This document shows, piece after piece, positions 18,675 to 19,252 of a stretch of DNA of 19,252 nt; the stretch's first letter is position 1; each line of letters opens with the position of its first letter. The notes under the pieces were generated by a model. The model did no database searches and was not told the origin of the DNA. It was given only the letters and a program-made list of their open reading frames with translations. The stretch is from Sulfurimonadaceae bacterium (GTDB taxonomy: Bacteria; Campylobacterota; Campylobacteria; Campylobacterales; Sulfurimonadaceae). A program made the translations under genes and the position numbers. The DNA is taken from contig JBFESZ010000036.1 in NCBI GenBank assembly GCA_041548245.1, positions 1 to 19,252 of the forward strand, read 5' to 3'.

Positions 18675-19252
18675 ATGTTAGAGGGTTTTAACGGTAGCGT
18701 CGCTACCTTTGCAAAGGATATTGATCAGGCGTTGTGGATTAACTTGGTTCTTTCACTTGTTTTGTTTGCTTCAGTTGTTGTACCAATGTTGTATTTTGCA
18801 TGGAAATACCGTGCAAGCAACGTTAAAGATGAGGAAATCGAGAATGTAACTCACCATACAGGTCTTGAGATTACATGGACATTGATCCCTACTATTATGT
18901 TAGGTGTGTTCTTCTATTACGGTTACCACTCTATGAGCGTTCTTAGAACGATGCCGGATGCATCAGATGCATTGACTGTCAAAGTTGAAGGTAGTAAATG
19001 GAAATGGAGATATGAGTATCCTGCCAATGCAGATGGTCATGTTCACAAACTTGGAGGAGCATTTACTAAGCCTCTACACGATGAGAATGGAAAAGTTGTT
19101 GAAAAAGGTACAATGGGTAAATCGGCACTCTACGTACCAGTTGATACGAATATCATCCTAGAGATGACAGCACCAATTGATGATGTTATACACGCATTCT
19201 ATATCCCAGCTTTCCGTATGAAAGAGGATGTGGTTCCAGGTCGTACAACAAA
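18675..19252 (+). CDS. coxB: Cytochrome c oxidase subunit II, N-terminal 192 aa (runs off the window)
   Basis: Not in the ORF track. AGGAGG SD, then MLEGFNGSVATFAKDID..., two TM helices, LEITWTLIP, KWKWRYEYP, LYVP, DVIHAFYIPAFRMKEDVVPGR (first CuA His). The CuA cysteines lie beyond the window. Confidence 0.93.
   Translation, partial: MLEGFNGSVATFAKDIDQALWINLVLSLVLFASVVVPMLYFAWKYRASNVKDEEIENVTHHTGLEITWTLIPTIMLGVFFYYGYHSMSVLRTMPDASDALTVKVEGSKWKWRYEYPANADGHVHKLGGAFTKPLHDENGKVVEKGTMGKSALYVPVDTNIILEMTAPIDDVIHAFYIPAFRMKEDVVPGRTT

Overview
Chromosomal window from a Campylobacterota (Epsilonproteobacteria) bacterium, most likely a free-living Sulfurimonas/Sulfurovum-like lineage. This is inferred from the murD-mraY / gpmI-fabG-acpP-fabF-accA and rpe-dnaQ synteny, the 86-aa GroES and a HAIR-like operator. 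The left half is housekeeping: murD (partial), mraY, gpmI, fabG, acpP, fabF, accA, a DEDDh exonuclease, trpF and rpe. The right half holds a tandem HD-[HD-GYP] phosphodiesterase, groES-groEL, tRNA-Met(CAT), a membrane-anchored 3xPAS-GGDEF diguanylate cyclase, and a divergent operon SCO-coxA-coxC-coxD-coxB (partial) encoding an A2-type (YSHPxVY) heme-copper oxygen reductase, which is unusual for a phylum dominated by cbb3 oxidases. No mobile element, CRISPR array or defence system is visible. The best candidate for an undescribed system is the A2 oxidase operon with its divergent His-rich membrane / NifL-like PAS cyclase and dyad-rich shared control region, possibly opposed by the HD-[HD-GYP] enzyme. 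That functional link is inference only.
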